Assembly (NCBI RefSeq): GCF_964355755.1
Contig: NC_092680.1
Coordinates: forward strand, 15,571,045-15,635,044
Direction: 5' to 3'
DNA length: 64,000 nt
From: Antedon mediterranea
Lineage: Eukaryota; Animalia; Echinodermata
Part shown: one piece after another, positions 39,901 to 50,625 of the stretch
How positions within the stretch are numbered: position 1 is the stretch's first letter
Layout: every line of letters begins with the position of its first letter
Program-made: the position numbers and the translations under genes
The notes under the pieces: generated by a model
What the model was told of the DNA's origin: nothing
What the model saw: only the letters and a program-made list of their open reading frames with translations
Database searches by the model: none

Positions 39901-42900
39901 TTAAACAATACTTCTTACAACTTTCTTGTGATGTCATATGCAAAGGAAAAAGTAGACAAAACACAGAAAATAGATATTAGAAAAACCATTTTTCAATTCA
40001 AATATAACAACACGGAGCCATGTTTTTTTAAATAAATAAAATTGTTAGATGCCTCTATATAATGTTTTCCACGGATCTAAACAAGTATGTGATAATACCT
40101 ATATACATATTTGGTTGATGATCATAAATATAATATAATACATATCAGTTCAGTTCATTTATTTTTTATTCAACTTATCACTAAGATGTACATCCAAAGA
40201 AATTAGTGAAGAATTGGACCAACAGGTGGTAAACACCTCTAAAACAGTCCGGTGCCAATTGCACAACGAGCCCAGTTATGATCAATGTAACCACCTACTC
40301 GTCTCGAAAGATGTACTTTAAGGTTCTTTAAAGTGCACATGAGCTTGATTTGTAGTCCTTATCCACGACTCGAGTGTGCCTCGAACCCTTGCTGATGTTG
40401 GCTTCGTAATAACGGTTCCACCACTCACTAGCCACTAACTTACTCTATAGTACATTTGTCAAAGTCCTTTGTTGAACTGTAGACATTCCTATTGAAAGTC
40501 TCTCCGTTGAATTATATTATCCATCAATTCAGTTCTTCTACCACGTCTTCCACTTGCACATTTCTCTCCCTCTGTTGTTACCATCACCAAGCTGTCACTT
40601 TTTCCAATGACTATACTTCCTCAATTGTCACTAAACTTCCTCAATTTCCATCTTGATACTACTTTACAGCATACCATTCTCAGTAGGCACGCCTACTTCC
40701 CTTTTGTCCAAAAAAATGTGTGTCCTTCAGGCTCTGCGGCAAGTTCACATCTTAAGGACCTCAATTTTCTTTTCCTTTGTAAAGTCCAACTTTTACCATA
40801 CTATATATAGGTATTTATTCATAAAAAAACACATAAATAGTACAAACAGAAGGCAGCCCAACGGCTGAACAATTCTGCAAACAACGTACAAAGTAAAAAT
40901 TTTTAAGACTCTAACAACAATATAATATATACAAGTACACAGTAAATCAGATCATTAAAAAGACCCAGATAAACCAAAGCATGCGGTAATCACTAATTCG
41001 TTAATTATTATTAATGTTATAAACCTACAAAGTTTTAGTTTTAGAAGCTTCATTCATTCTATAAAGCTACACTCCACACAAGTGCTTTAGCAAACTTGGC
41101 TTTCATTTGTATGTCTTTTGTTGTAGATCTTTTGACTTTCACACATCTGTCCTACCCTGATTTTGATTATTTATTTCAACAACAAAAATAATAATATAAG
41201 TTGAAGGTTACTAGGTAGGTTATTTAATACTTTATGTGATTGTTTTACATTTCACATTATTTATTATTAATATGCTAAATGAATAGGTCATTCAATCTTA
41301 TATTCATTTGTATGCTTTTATATCCATGACAAATATAAAATTATTATTTAACATTTTTTTCTTGTTTATGTAGGTTTTACATGCCACATGGCTTAACTAT
41401 TGACCAAGAGGACAACATATGGCTAACAGATGTTGCATTGCACCAAATATTCAAATATCCTGCAGGTGGAGCTACACAACCGCTATTGACAGTTGGAGAG
41501 CGCCTTGTAAATGGTAACGATGATGCACACTTTTGTAAGCCTGCTGATGTTGCAGTAGAGGCAACTGGAGAATTCTTTGTTGCGGATGGCTACTGCAATT
41601 CACGTATAGTAAAGTTTTCACCAACAGGAAAACTACTTTTTGTATTTGAAAACCATGGTCAAATTATACGTAAGTGATTATTCATAAAGTATTGAAGGTT
41701 TGCGTAATCAATATGTTGATATAAAGTTTGTTGTCTTTTCAGAACTATATATTCATGGTGTATCGCAAATTATATCAACATTTTAGTATAGCAATGTATA
41801 AAGATAAGCGCCTAATAGTACAACCCCTTATTTTTTACCCCTATTAAGGGGATACTCCCCATGGAAAAAATCAGCGGCCAATGAATGGAAATAATAGCTA
41901 TTCCATTTTCAAAAGTACATTTGTTTAGGGAATGTTTTAGTGCATGAAAGGAGACAGCGACTAGGCTGTTTATTACATATAAGATCTTGAAGGAAATCAA
42001 CAAATTATTTTACTGTTGTACTTTGAAAAGGAATTGCCATAATTTTGAACCTTTTTTATTTGTCGTCCCCCCCCCCCCCCTTCAAATGGGAAAGTATTTC
42101 TCCATTACTATAGAGAATAATTTATAAAGTGTTCTTTTTCTAGAATTACAAGGACCATTAAACATCCCACATAGCTTGACATTGATTCCTGAAAAAAATC
42201 AAGTTTGTGTAGCAGATCGAGAACAAGGACGTATTGTATGTATTGATAGTAACAGTGGCCAATTCATAAAATACTTCAAATCTAGTGAATTTGGAAGTGT
42301 CTTTGCAATAGAAAACAGTGTTGGTAAGGCAATTTTTGATTGGCAAAATTAATAAAATGTTTTCCCATCTTCACTGAATAGGAAAAATAAAGGGCTCTGT
42401 TTTTCCAATTCTGTTCTGTGGAAAATTTGAGTTTTTAGAAGTCCTTGTGACAACCAAGTTGTAAAAAGTAACTTTAACCGTTTCTATTATACAACTAATG
42501 TATTTTTGAGTTAGATGGTACAAGTAATTTCTTGAGGTAAAATTTTGTTTTCATGAGGCAAGGAACAAATAAATTATTTGTACCATTGCATGTATAAAAA
42601 AACTTTCTTATTACTCTGATCTTGTTGTGAAGGAGATATGTGCGCATTTCTGTCGGTCTTTTTACACAAAATAAGTACTATTACACAATCATTAAATAGT
42701 ACATATTATATAACACCTATATAAATTCCTGTCATTTGATTGGACGAATGTGGGTCACATGGCGTGCAATAGTACGCACTATTCAACGATCGTTAAATAG
42801 TACTTTTTGAAACATTTTTGTGTACGAAAAAAAAACGTCTAGATGTTATATAAAACAAATAATGAATGTTTTGTATTCGTGTAATGGTACAAATAATGGC

Positions 42901-45900
42901 ACTTGGTGAATGATGAAAGGTTATATCAACTCGGCTTTGCCTCGTTGATATAACCTTTCATCATTCACCTCGTGCCATTATTTGTACCATTGCACTCATA
43001 AACATTCATTATTTGTATACTATTGCCAGCCATGTAACCCACAGTCTTCTAATTAAATGAAAAGAAATTATTTCATAACCTATTCGTGCATGGTATTATT
43101 GAAAAGTTAATATTTATCTTTTGTTCCATATGTTATAATTTTTACACCATTTTGGTGAGAAGATTCCAAAAATTGCACCAGTACTCTAACCAAAGTTTGA
43201 GCTGATGCATTGATATGTTGTTACTTGGTGTTAGCAAAATTACCCTCGCTAGTCGCTCATTGGGCAACCTGCACCCCAAGACAAGGACTGATAATGAGAG
43301 TTAGGCTATAACTGGCTATATACATTGTACCTAGTTATTTTGTATTGGTGTTATTTGATATTTATTTTACTTTTTTTTCTTTAAACTTTTAATAAATTTT
43401 AATGTTACTTTTTGATTTAGTATTATATTATTTATACATTTGTTGTTTATAAATCATAATATGATGTTCAAAACAATATAAATAATCATAAATTTTCATT
43501 CATTTAAATTATCCAATATTCTATGAATATTATAATGAGGACTATTCCATTATATGGAAAGGGGTGGCTATTTTTGTGTACTGTTCTGTACAATTGAATT
43601 GATTTGTTAGCAATATATATATGTTACTCTTATTAAAAAAACAATATAAAATCATATAAATATTATAATGAGGATTATTCCATTATATTCTTGTACTGTT
43701 ACAATAACAAAAAAAAAAATTACAATAAATATATTACTGTTATTAAATAAAATACATTTTGTTATACCAGTATGTTTATTATTTTCAGATGGCAACATGT
43801 ATGCTGTGAATGGAGCATCTCCAAGTGGGAATAAAGTGAAAATACAGGGTTTTAGTATAGATATTGCAGATAAATCTATTTTGCAGAAATGGTCACCAGA
43901 TGAGGTCAGTTTTTTATAAATTAGACAATTTTTAAAATTGTTCTTCATTAATCCAAATGCCAACTTTATGTCAATGGCTAGTACTGTACTATGAAGACGG
44001 TTACTAAAACCAGTACTAGTATTTTGACCTCAATCAGTTTAGTGCGAATGGAGCTTTAGGCATATTTTCACTTGTTCAACTATGTATTATGTATAATATT
44101 TGTTTCTCATTCAGGGTTTTACCAAACCCCATGATGTAGCAGTGTCCCCTGATGGCAGATCAGTGTATGTGTCTGAAATCAATCCTAATTCTGTATGGAA
44201 ATTTCAACTCGACTTAAGTATGTTATTGCATTATTATTATTACTATATTTATTAACGATATTAGTATTGTTATGGTTTATTCAAATCAATTTTCATCATG
44301 ACCCGAAGGCCAATTTGCGAAAAATGTTACAATAAAATAAATGGTAAAAACAGGTACATTAAAAAACATCCAAATTCCTTCACTTGCACTGATGAAGGGC
44401 TAGTGTTGCCCGAAAGCTCTGCTAACTTTTTTGGCTGTTTTACTTCTCGTTTTGATTTAGCTTTTCGCTTTTATTTTGTATCTCCATTGAGATCCAGCCA
44501 CTGATACCCACAGCATTGTCATTTTTTCAGTAATTTGCCTTTGGATTTATATATATATATATATATACTCAGAGACAGCGCTTGCCTGATATATCTATCT
44601 ATCTTGTTCAAGTACCTTCACTTGCACTAATGAAGGGCTAGTGTTGCCCGAAAGATCTGCTAACTTTTCTGGCTGGCTTTATCGTTTTGATTTATCTGTT
44701 CGCTTTTTTGTTTGTATCTCCATTGAGATCCAGCCACTGATACCCACAGCATTGTCATTTTTATTCTTTGGATATATATATTATATATATATATATATAG
44801 AGAGAGAGAGAAAGAGACAGAGAAAGAAAATTTATGAAATGAAAATAGATGTTCCCACTGAAACTGTTAGAAATGGTATTGCTCTACATTCTGTATTACA
44901 CCAAAGTTCTTCTTTTCTGTTCCTTAAATTATAACCCGATTTATTCTGTCTCTATTGGGAAATGAGTTGGTGCATCTTTAATGTAGGGAGGGTTTTTACA
45001 AATGTTTGACAAAGTTCTAAGCATCTGTTTTCCTGTGAAATGTAACTGCATAGCTGAAGTGCGTTGGTGCACAACGATTTCACACATACATGTTGTAGAA
45101 AGAGGATGATATTTAATACATGTTTAATTTATCCTACATAACTTATTCATTACTGTGATATACTCCATTTTATAATATAAATGCATTTACCAGAAAAGCT
45201 GTCGCTAGTAACTGCTAACAAATTATAATTATTGAAAAATGCTATTGAAAATTTGGGGTTTTTTTTTCTGAATAAGTACATCATATCTTGAATTATCTTA
45301 AATACCTTTGAATAGGACTTTAAGAACTATGCTCATTTTTCCCTCTTGATCATTCTTGAAAACTTATGATTTGAATTTATTAGGAAAATCACACAAATAT
45401 ATACAAAGAGATAACATAAATTACTAACATTACAAATAAATACATTTATAAGAGATTTTCCAGGAAGCTTATTAGCTTATTTCCATTGGTATCCTTTTAT
45501 AATCTAAAATAGCAAATATAAACATTGCAAAGTATTTTATTAGTATGGAAATTAGTGGTGATCAGACCATATTTTCTCTAACCCAGATTTTAATCTATTT
45601 AGGGAAGAAACACAAACAACATTTTGAGCCATATTGGTCTTCAAATGTCCACTGTTTTTAAAAATTCAACAAAAATAATTCACCAATCACAGTCACACTA
45701 GGTCATATTTCCCTTAATTAATAACTACAGTGTTTATAAATGATAATTTAAGATTTCTGTTCAGTGTGTTTCCCTTAGCCTATGTGTGTTTGGTGAATAC
45801 AGCCACTGGTTTACATTAGTAAAATAATTTACCCATGAAGAGGTAACATTCTAGTTCCACTTCCCCCTCCCCCTCTTCTTCAATTCCCCATCCCAACTGA

Positions 45901-46709
45901 AACTGCCCATTTTGTTCTCATGTATCGTAGAGCTATTTTTAATTGTAACACATCATATATTAGCAAGTAAAGTGGCGAAGCTGTTTATCGTACACAGATA
46001 GCCAACGTTGATTCATGGCCGGCTCGCTCCTAGTTCTGGTGCTGAAACCAGTCTTCTTGGATAAGGTCTCTAAACCGCAGGTCCAGTGTACAAAGTTTAC
46101 CCCGGTAAACTTGTTCACAAAATAGCCCCTGTATCTGGAGATTACCATCTATCTGACAGGACAGTGATTAATTTTACTAATAATTCTTGGCCAAAGATAC
46201 AAAATATAAAAAGATATGAAATATTTATTCTTTTCGTTCAGTCTTGCAATGCAAAACTAATTACTTATTTACATCCTTTTTTCTAAGTTGTTCAAGAAAA
46301 GGACAAAAAGAGCACACTATCTTCAGTTTCAGAAGACAACTTTAATGAGGATGAATCAATAAAAACATTCAGAAAAAATGCTCAAAACAAAAGTCCAGTG
46401 ATGTCTAAAGCTGCGCATGCCGCAACTGCCATTGTCGTTTGTATTCTCATCGTACCCATTGTCTGTATATTCATCGTCGCGATTTTCGTCCGACTTCGTG
46501 ATCAAGGTCACTTTGGGGTCATAAAAGGAATTCCCCGTTACAAATCAACACAGGATAGATTCAGTGTCGGGAATTTTTTCAACAAACGTAAGGGTTTCAA
46601 TCCGGTGACGACGGAAGGAAGCGACGTCGAGGACGAAGGCAGTTGGAGTGGTGGATCAGATGTAGAAGAATACAGCAGGTTAACTGGAAATAGAACGCAA
46701 AATTTATAA
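12926..46709 (+). CDS. PAM: Bifunctional peptidylglycine alpha-amidating monooxygenase (signal peptide, PHM, linker, PAL, TM, cytosolic tail), ~876 aa
   Basis: 17 phase-compatible GT-AG coding exons: 12926-13075, 14009-14063, 20276-20366, 21972-22060, 24795-24878, 25867-25915, 27222-27289, 28085-28245, 29833-29936, 33771-34198, 37527-37650, 38196-38306, 41374-41669, 42144-42323, 43789-43904, 44115-44217, 46288-46709 (sum 2631 nt). Cu ligands: [26 protein letters not shown] motifs: MPHG, DGYCN, IPHS, ADRE, KPHD. TM segment [21 protein letters not shown]; tail RKGF...TEGSD...EEYS. Confidence 0.96.
18147..18572. mobile_element. Fold-back MITE with long imperfect TIRs
   Basis: TATGTAGAGTATGGAGT ... 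ACTCCATACTCTACATA; inverted similarity continues inward for more than 150 bp. Confidence 0.75.
18781..19188 (+). mobile_element. tRNA-derived SINE with Deu/Nin-like core and (AAAAT)n tail
   Basis: A box TGGCTGAGCGG, B box GGTTCGAG, core GGATAAGGACTATAAACCG...TTAAAGAAACCC...GAAAAAGAGTAGGGGGTTACCCCGGTG, A-rich tail 19119-19188. Related copies at 45961-46200 and 40290-40440, and a head fragment at 24445-24510. Confidence 0.8.
19318..19385 (+). pseudogene. Degenerate 5S rRNA-like fragment (pseudogene or SINE3 head)
   Basis: ACACTGGTTCTCTTCAGATCACTGAAGCT resembles invertebrate 5S ACACCGGTTCTCGTCCGATCACCGAAGTT (recalled consensus), with differences mostly at CpG positions. Confidence 0.45.
20749..20800 (+). 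mobile_element. Left end of a Tc1/mariner (Tc2/pogo-like) non-autonomous element
   Basis: TA + CCGTAGTTCCTCGGGTATAATCCCACCTCGAGTATAATCCCACCC, with a duplicated subterminal motif; right end not found. Confidence 0.45.
22773..23268. mobile_element. PIF/Harbinger-like MITE, ~45-bp TIRs (right tip truncated)
   Basis: TTTCGCAATCTTACGAATACGATAACGAAAACGGATACGTCAC ... GTGACGTATCCGTTTTCGTTATCGTATTCGTAAGGTTGCGAAA. Confidence 0.75.
23503..23590. repeat. 30-bp minisatellite, ~3 copies
   Basis: Unit ATAATGATAATATTATATCTTGATACAATA. Confidence 0.85.
25125..25660 (-). mobile_element. Penelope-like element relic with inverted termini and a decayed hammerhead motif
   Basis: Inverted repeat AAAAATAACGCTTAAAAAAGAACGACGT (~25131-25158) / ACGTCGTTCTTTTTTAAGCGTTATTTTT (~25622-25649); minus-strand CTGATAATGAC...GTCAAAACGTC at 25151-25189. 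Confidence 0.5.
27873..28061. mobile_element. Harbinger-like MITE family (TIR AGCTCTGTCTACACTATCAAAC) with internal GGGCACATCAC / GTAGTGATATG repeats
   Basis: Related copies at 32901-33057 and 37733-37875, and a partial copy at 11345-11396. Confidence 0.65.
31168..31530. mobile_element. Harbinger-like fold-back MITE
   Basis: AGGCCCAATTACACTATGACGATAACGA ... TCGTTATCGTCCTAGTGTATGGGCCT; inner inverted repeat CAATCAAATGACGTCATGAT/ATCATGACGTCATTTGATTG. Confidence 0.75.
31845..32875. repeat. Duplicated block containing ~57-bp repeat units
   Basis: Motif AAATTGGGCTTATCAACAAATAAATACTTTCGTTCAAAATGTAAAAT at ~31845, 32078, 32135, 32492, 32715, 32771 and 32830; AGAGGCGTAAA...GGTCAATATCATGTAAAATG at 32011 and 32631. 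Confidence 0.8.
35767..36691. mobile_element. Harbinger-like MITE split by a LINE insertion
   Basis: GTTCCCACTAG...CAAGGACGTAACGCAACGCA ... TGCGTTGCGTTTACGTCCTTGCG...CTAGTGGGAAC; an uninterrupted relative lies at 49040-49195. Confidence 0.8.
35859..36604 (+). mobile_element. 5'-truncated L2/CR1-group LINE (ORF2 C-terminus, 3' UTR, (ATTGT)n tail)
   Basis: ORFs 35856-36197 and 36184-36456: FKYLG...SWKQHV...FDYCSNVW...[12 protein letters not shown]...APSYL...LWNNLP, with one frameshift near 36190; AATAAA followed by ATTGT repeats. Confidence 0.9.
38945..39540 (+). mobile_element. HINE/DINE-1-like Helentron derivative
   Basis: 5' ACCTCCGCCAAGGAGGT hairpin, (TG)n, AGGTCA repeats, 3' subterminal repeat GGCGGAGGT, hairpin GTACTCTCGGAGTAC, CTAGT end. 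Confidence 0.8.
40290..40440 (-). mobile_element. Degenerate reverse copy of the Deu/Nin-core SINE
   Basis: Reverse complements of core motifs (GTCCTTATCC, GGTTCTTTAAAGTGCAC, CTCGAACCCTTGCTGATGTTG). Confidence 0.6.
42706..43017 (+). mobile_element. Young copy of the palindromic element family, inserted at a TA inside an older inverted copy of the same family
   Basis: Nearly identical to 7005-7308; the flanks rejoin as ...AATAGTACA-TA-CTATTGCC..., which matches the family's reverse complement. Confidence 0.75.
44377..44800 (+). mobile_element. Two tandem 238-bp-period repeats (Penelope pseudo-LTR or retrozyme-like), each with a hammerhead motif and a (TA)n tract
   Basis: CCTTCACTTGCACT...CACAGCATTGTCATTTT repeated at 44377 and 44615. 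Confidence 0.7.
44386..44422 (+). ncRNA. Minimal type I hammerhead ribozyme motif
   Basis: GCA-CTGATGA-A-GGGC-TAGTGTT-GCCC-GAAA-GC-TC^TGC: intact core, 4-bp stem II, 3-bp stem I, palindromic AGCT stem III. Confidence 0.65.
45961..46200 (+). mobile_element. Degenerate copy of the Deu/Nin-core SINE
   Basis: CTCGCTCCTAGTTCTGGTG, GGATAAGG...AAACCGCAGGTCCAGTGTACA and ATAGCCCCTGTATC...GGACAGTGAT shared with 18781-19188. Confidence 0.75.
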
Positions 46710-49039
46710 ATTTTGATTTTGATTTTATTTTGTTCCTTAGTTGGGTAATAGGACATGTGTTAGATATGTAAACAATAATGTACAGTGTGTTAGTGTTATT
46801 ATCCTAAGACCTGTATAGTATATTTTTGTAATTGTATTATTTGTCTAAAAATTTCAGAATCATAGTTAATAATACAAAATATTGTCTTTAAAAATAATAT
46901 AAAGATATTATAAGAAGATTATAGTCCCAATATTATTTTAACAGAAATGGATGATTTTAAGAATGTTTATTGACGTACGTGATATTATGTTTTTTTTTTT
47001 TTTTTATAAGTTTGTTCAGTTCTTAGGACTTGTACAGTGTATTGCCCAGGAATCCGACATCAACCATGCAGAGGAGAAAACCACCAATTACGGACTGTAC
47101 CATTGCTGAATGGGTGTCTATCTCTACAATATTATATTAATTCTAGGCTCACTTATTGGTTGTCCAGTTAACTTTTCCATACATCTGTCCAAGTACATTG
47201 ATCTCTGCAAAACCTAGTTCAAACCATAATCAAACCATTTCTATTTTTGTGTGTATGTTTTAAAAGCTATTTATATATTTTTGCATTCATCAGAATGTAC
47301 GAGGTGCAGGCATGTAAAATAGTGACTTTTAATTTTATCATTTCAATTGTTTTATCAGCTACATTTAAATAGGTTTATATTTTGGGTTTTTCTTATATAT
47401 TATATATATTATATAGATCAGAATTAAATATTTATTTATAGTTTATTTTATAGTTATATTTATGATATGATTTTATTTAATTTATAAATTAAATATAGTG
47501 ACCTATTCTGTAAGTATTTTACATTGTGTTTTATTTAAATATGAGAAATTCAAATATTTATTGTATCTGTATATATATTTCCCTAAAACATGGCAGATTA
47601 GAATTGCATATAATACCATATCATAAAATATAATAGTAAAAAATTTGAAAAAACCATTTTGTCTTGTTTTTGTTGGACAGACATCTTTTATACATGACAT
47701 AGGAACTAACGTACATCCTAGCCTATAAGTTGGAAAATGTAAATTATGTAAATAAACAAAAAAAATTATGTCACGCATACCATTAAAATGTATTAAAAAA
47801 AACTAAAACCTCCAATAAGTTAAAAATAATATAGAATAATTATGATAAATATAATTTAAACATGAAAATATTACGTATGCAAAGCTAAATACTTGGACCT
47901 TCAAAAATAATTACATAAACGTTTATATAAAATATGTCTTTTGTAAAATGAAATATATTAAAAATATCGAAACAATTTTAATTAGGTCATTAACCAACAC
48001 AGTAATCAAGCCATTTATTTAGATGTCACGTTATGTCCATATTTTTGTGACGTAATGACAATTATTAAAATTTAGCTTAATATTATAATATGGAATAATT
48101 AATCCTCCATTGTTTTAACCTGGCCTGATTAAATATTATAGAACATGACGTAAGCAGACTCTGCAATGTGTTCAAAATCATGTGTGTCTTAATTCCTTCG
48201 TTAACTAGTTAATACTTAAACTTGCCTATGTTGGTAGAAAAATCGATTAAATTGAATATCAAATGTACTTAATGTGATAGGTGATCGGTTACATTTTAGA
48301 AAAAATATAATGAAATTCTATATAGTTGTAAATATTGTAGCTAATTTTGTTGTATAAACCCAAATGTTTATGTGTTTATGAATATATTATACAGAAATGT
48401 TCGTGTTAGTCGGGTATTATAATCAGATTCATTATGTCCTATATTAATGTATTTCGTACAATCCTAAGAGATAATGCATTGCTATCTGGTGCGCATGCTC
48501 GGTGCAAAAAGGTTAATTTATTCATGAAATGGACGCGGATTTGGACCGGACGATGTTGGATGGAAGAAGAGTAAATTTGATATGTCAAATGTATTCATAT
48601 CTATTTCACTTAACCTTCTGTCGTAATTGACTCCCGGTTTTAGTAAACCAGTGATAAAAGACTGATCATGGTTTACTACTAGCATCTTTAATTTACAGTA
48701 CAATTGTTTAGTTGTCGAATTTCTCTGGTTTATTTTGAGTACACTACTCTATAATAATATGATTATGATTATCACAGCTTGTCATTGCCTGTTTTATGTC
48801 GGATATCATATTAATGTGTAAACGGTATAAATATTTTATTTTCACTCTTTCACTTATTTGACATTGCCTATTTTATAAGTGCGCATGCTCAAAGGTGTTT
48901 GTAGTACTTGTCTTCTCACATATTATACTAATAGGTCAGATTCAGCAAAAACAACGGTTGCTCTCAGCTGTGTTTTGTGTTATTCTTGTATGTAAAATGT
49001 TTAAATTTAAACAATTTCCAAGATTCATTACTACTTATG

Positions 49040-49195
49040 ATTGGTTCCCACAAGACACAACACAAGGACGTAACGCAACGCATGTGAATTGACCAATCAC
49101 AAGCGATGGATTATTCGAACTGTCGCTTGTCATTGGTTAACACGTTTGTGTTGCGTGTACGTCCTTGCGTTACGTTCTAGTGGGAACCAAGCATA
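49040..49195. mobile_element. Uninterrupted copy of the MITE at 35767-36691
   Basis: TTGGTTCCCAC...CAAGGACGTAACGCAACGCA...CTAGTGGGAACCAAGC. Confidence 0.75.
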
Positions 49196-50430
49196 AGTAG
49201 GCCTATAATGCTGAGCGTGTTGTTATTTTGAGTTGTGCGTTTTAAGATTGGCGACCCTCCATTTATGTTCATTTCTGTGTCGCTATACTCGTGGATACGA
49301 TAAGTGTTATATCAGGTGTTTTATTCTCAGATATTATTTATTTTATTGTATTTAATGTGCATTAATGTTTAAAGAAAGCATGAAGATAATAAATGTCACT
49401 TTGTATATTAATGCATTTAGTTGCCTGGTTTCCACGATTGTGTGAAAATATAGAAAAATGATCACCGGCGTTTATTATGTAATAATGGACGAGTCTAAAT
49501 AATAATACATTTATTACATGCATATCACCAAAGAAAAGAAATATTTTAACAGATTAAAAATTGACTGCAGATCGGCGACTGTAAATAATTAGCAGTATCT
49601 GTCCGTTTTCTTTATCAAACAAATCTCCTGTGTTCGCCTATACCCCTCACCAATACGATTAGACGATTTCACGGCTGCATTGTAACTATTGCGTACTAAG
49701 TACTAAACTGTGACCAACTAAACTATATATCTGTAAAAGCGAATTCCACCAATAACAGTCATAAGTATATGGTACAGCTAGAGCGTCATACAGTAATATT
49801 GGAAAGATTCAGAGTTACACCTATTCCCACCTAATAACACTAATTCAAACTTGTAGGTCCGATGAACCAAAACAAAATGGTGGACTTTTGAATTTTTCTA
49901 TGCAAATGTGGACTTCTTTATTTTTAAGGTATATCTGAATATCCTTTTAATGGTGGAAACACCATCTGTCATCATCGCGAAAAATCACTAACATTTGAAA
50001 ATATTTTTTTGTTCTATATATTTTACACATGACATTACACACACACAAAACATATCAAATATTTATCCACATTCAGCAATACCATGCTGAGTCGATCACC
50101 TCGTCTTCGTATAATGACTGCATAAAGTGCTCTTATGCTCGATCATTATTGAAGCCATTGTAATTAATTATGTAATCATGTAGGCCTACAACATGATTCT
50201 CCTAATGAATCTGAAACACAACTGTGCCTAATTACGACATGTTGTTTATAACATGTCAGTGTAATTATATAAATTAGCATACGGACGCTACACGTACGTG
50301 TATTTTACATGCCCATGAATAATAATTTCACATATTAGAGAATTGTACGAACCGAACCAATCATTAAGTGCATTCAATTGTGACAAATTTTGCCTTATAT
50401 TAAAATTATTCAGGCATTCATAATACGATC

Positions 50431-50444
50431 GTTTCCAGGACAAC
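50431..50444 (+). promoter_or_regulatory. Candidate RFX X-box upstream of PACRG
   Basis: GTTTCCAGGACAAC, a 14-bp imperfect palindrome resembling GTNNCC-N2-RRNAAC, ~180 bp upstream of the ATG of an axonemal gene. Confidence 0.45.
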
Positions 50445-50625
50445 AGCAAAATATAAATATATTTGTTGTAGTTGGAATTAGGTATCAACAAAATATTCGC
50501 GGCCGTGCTTATAAAATAAATGACAAAATATGGCAGCGGCTGTGTAGTAAGCTCAGAAGGAAACAGAATAAATTATTTTAATATATTTTAACATACGTAG
50601 CTGATAAGTCATCACGGAATAGAAG

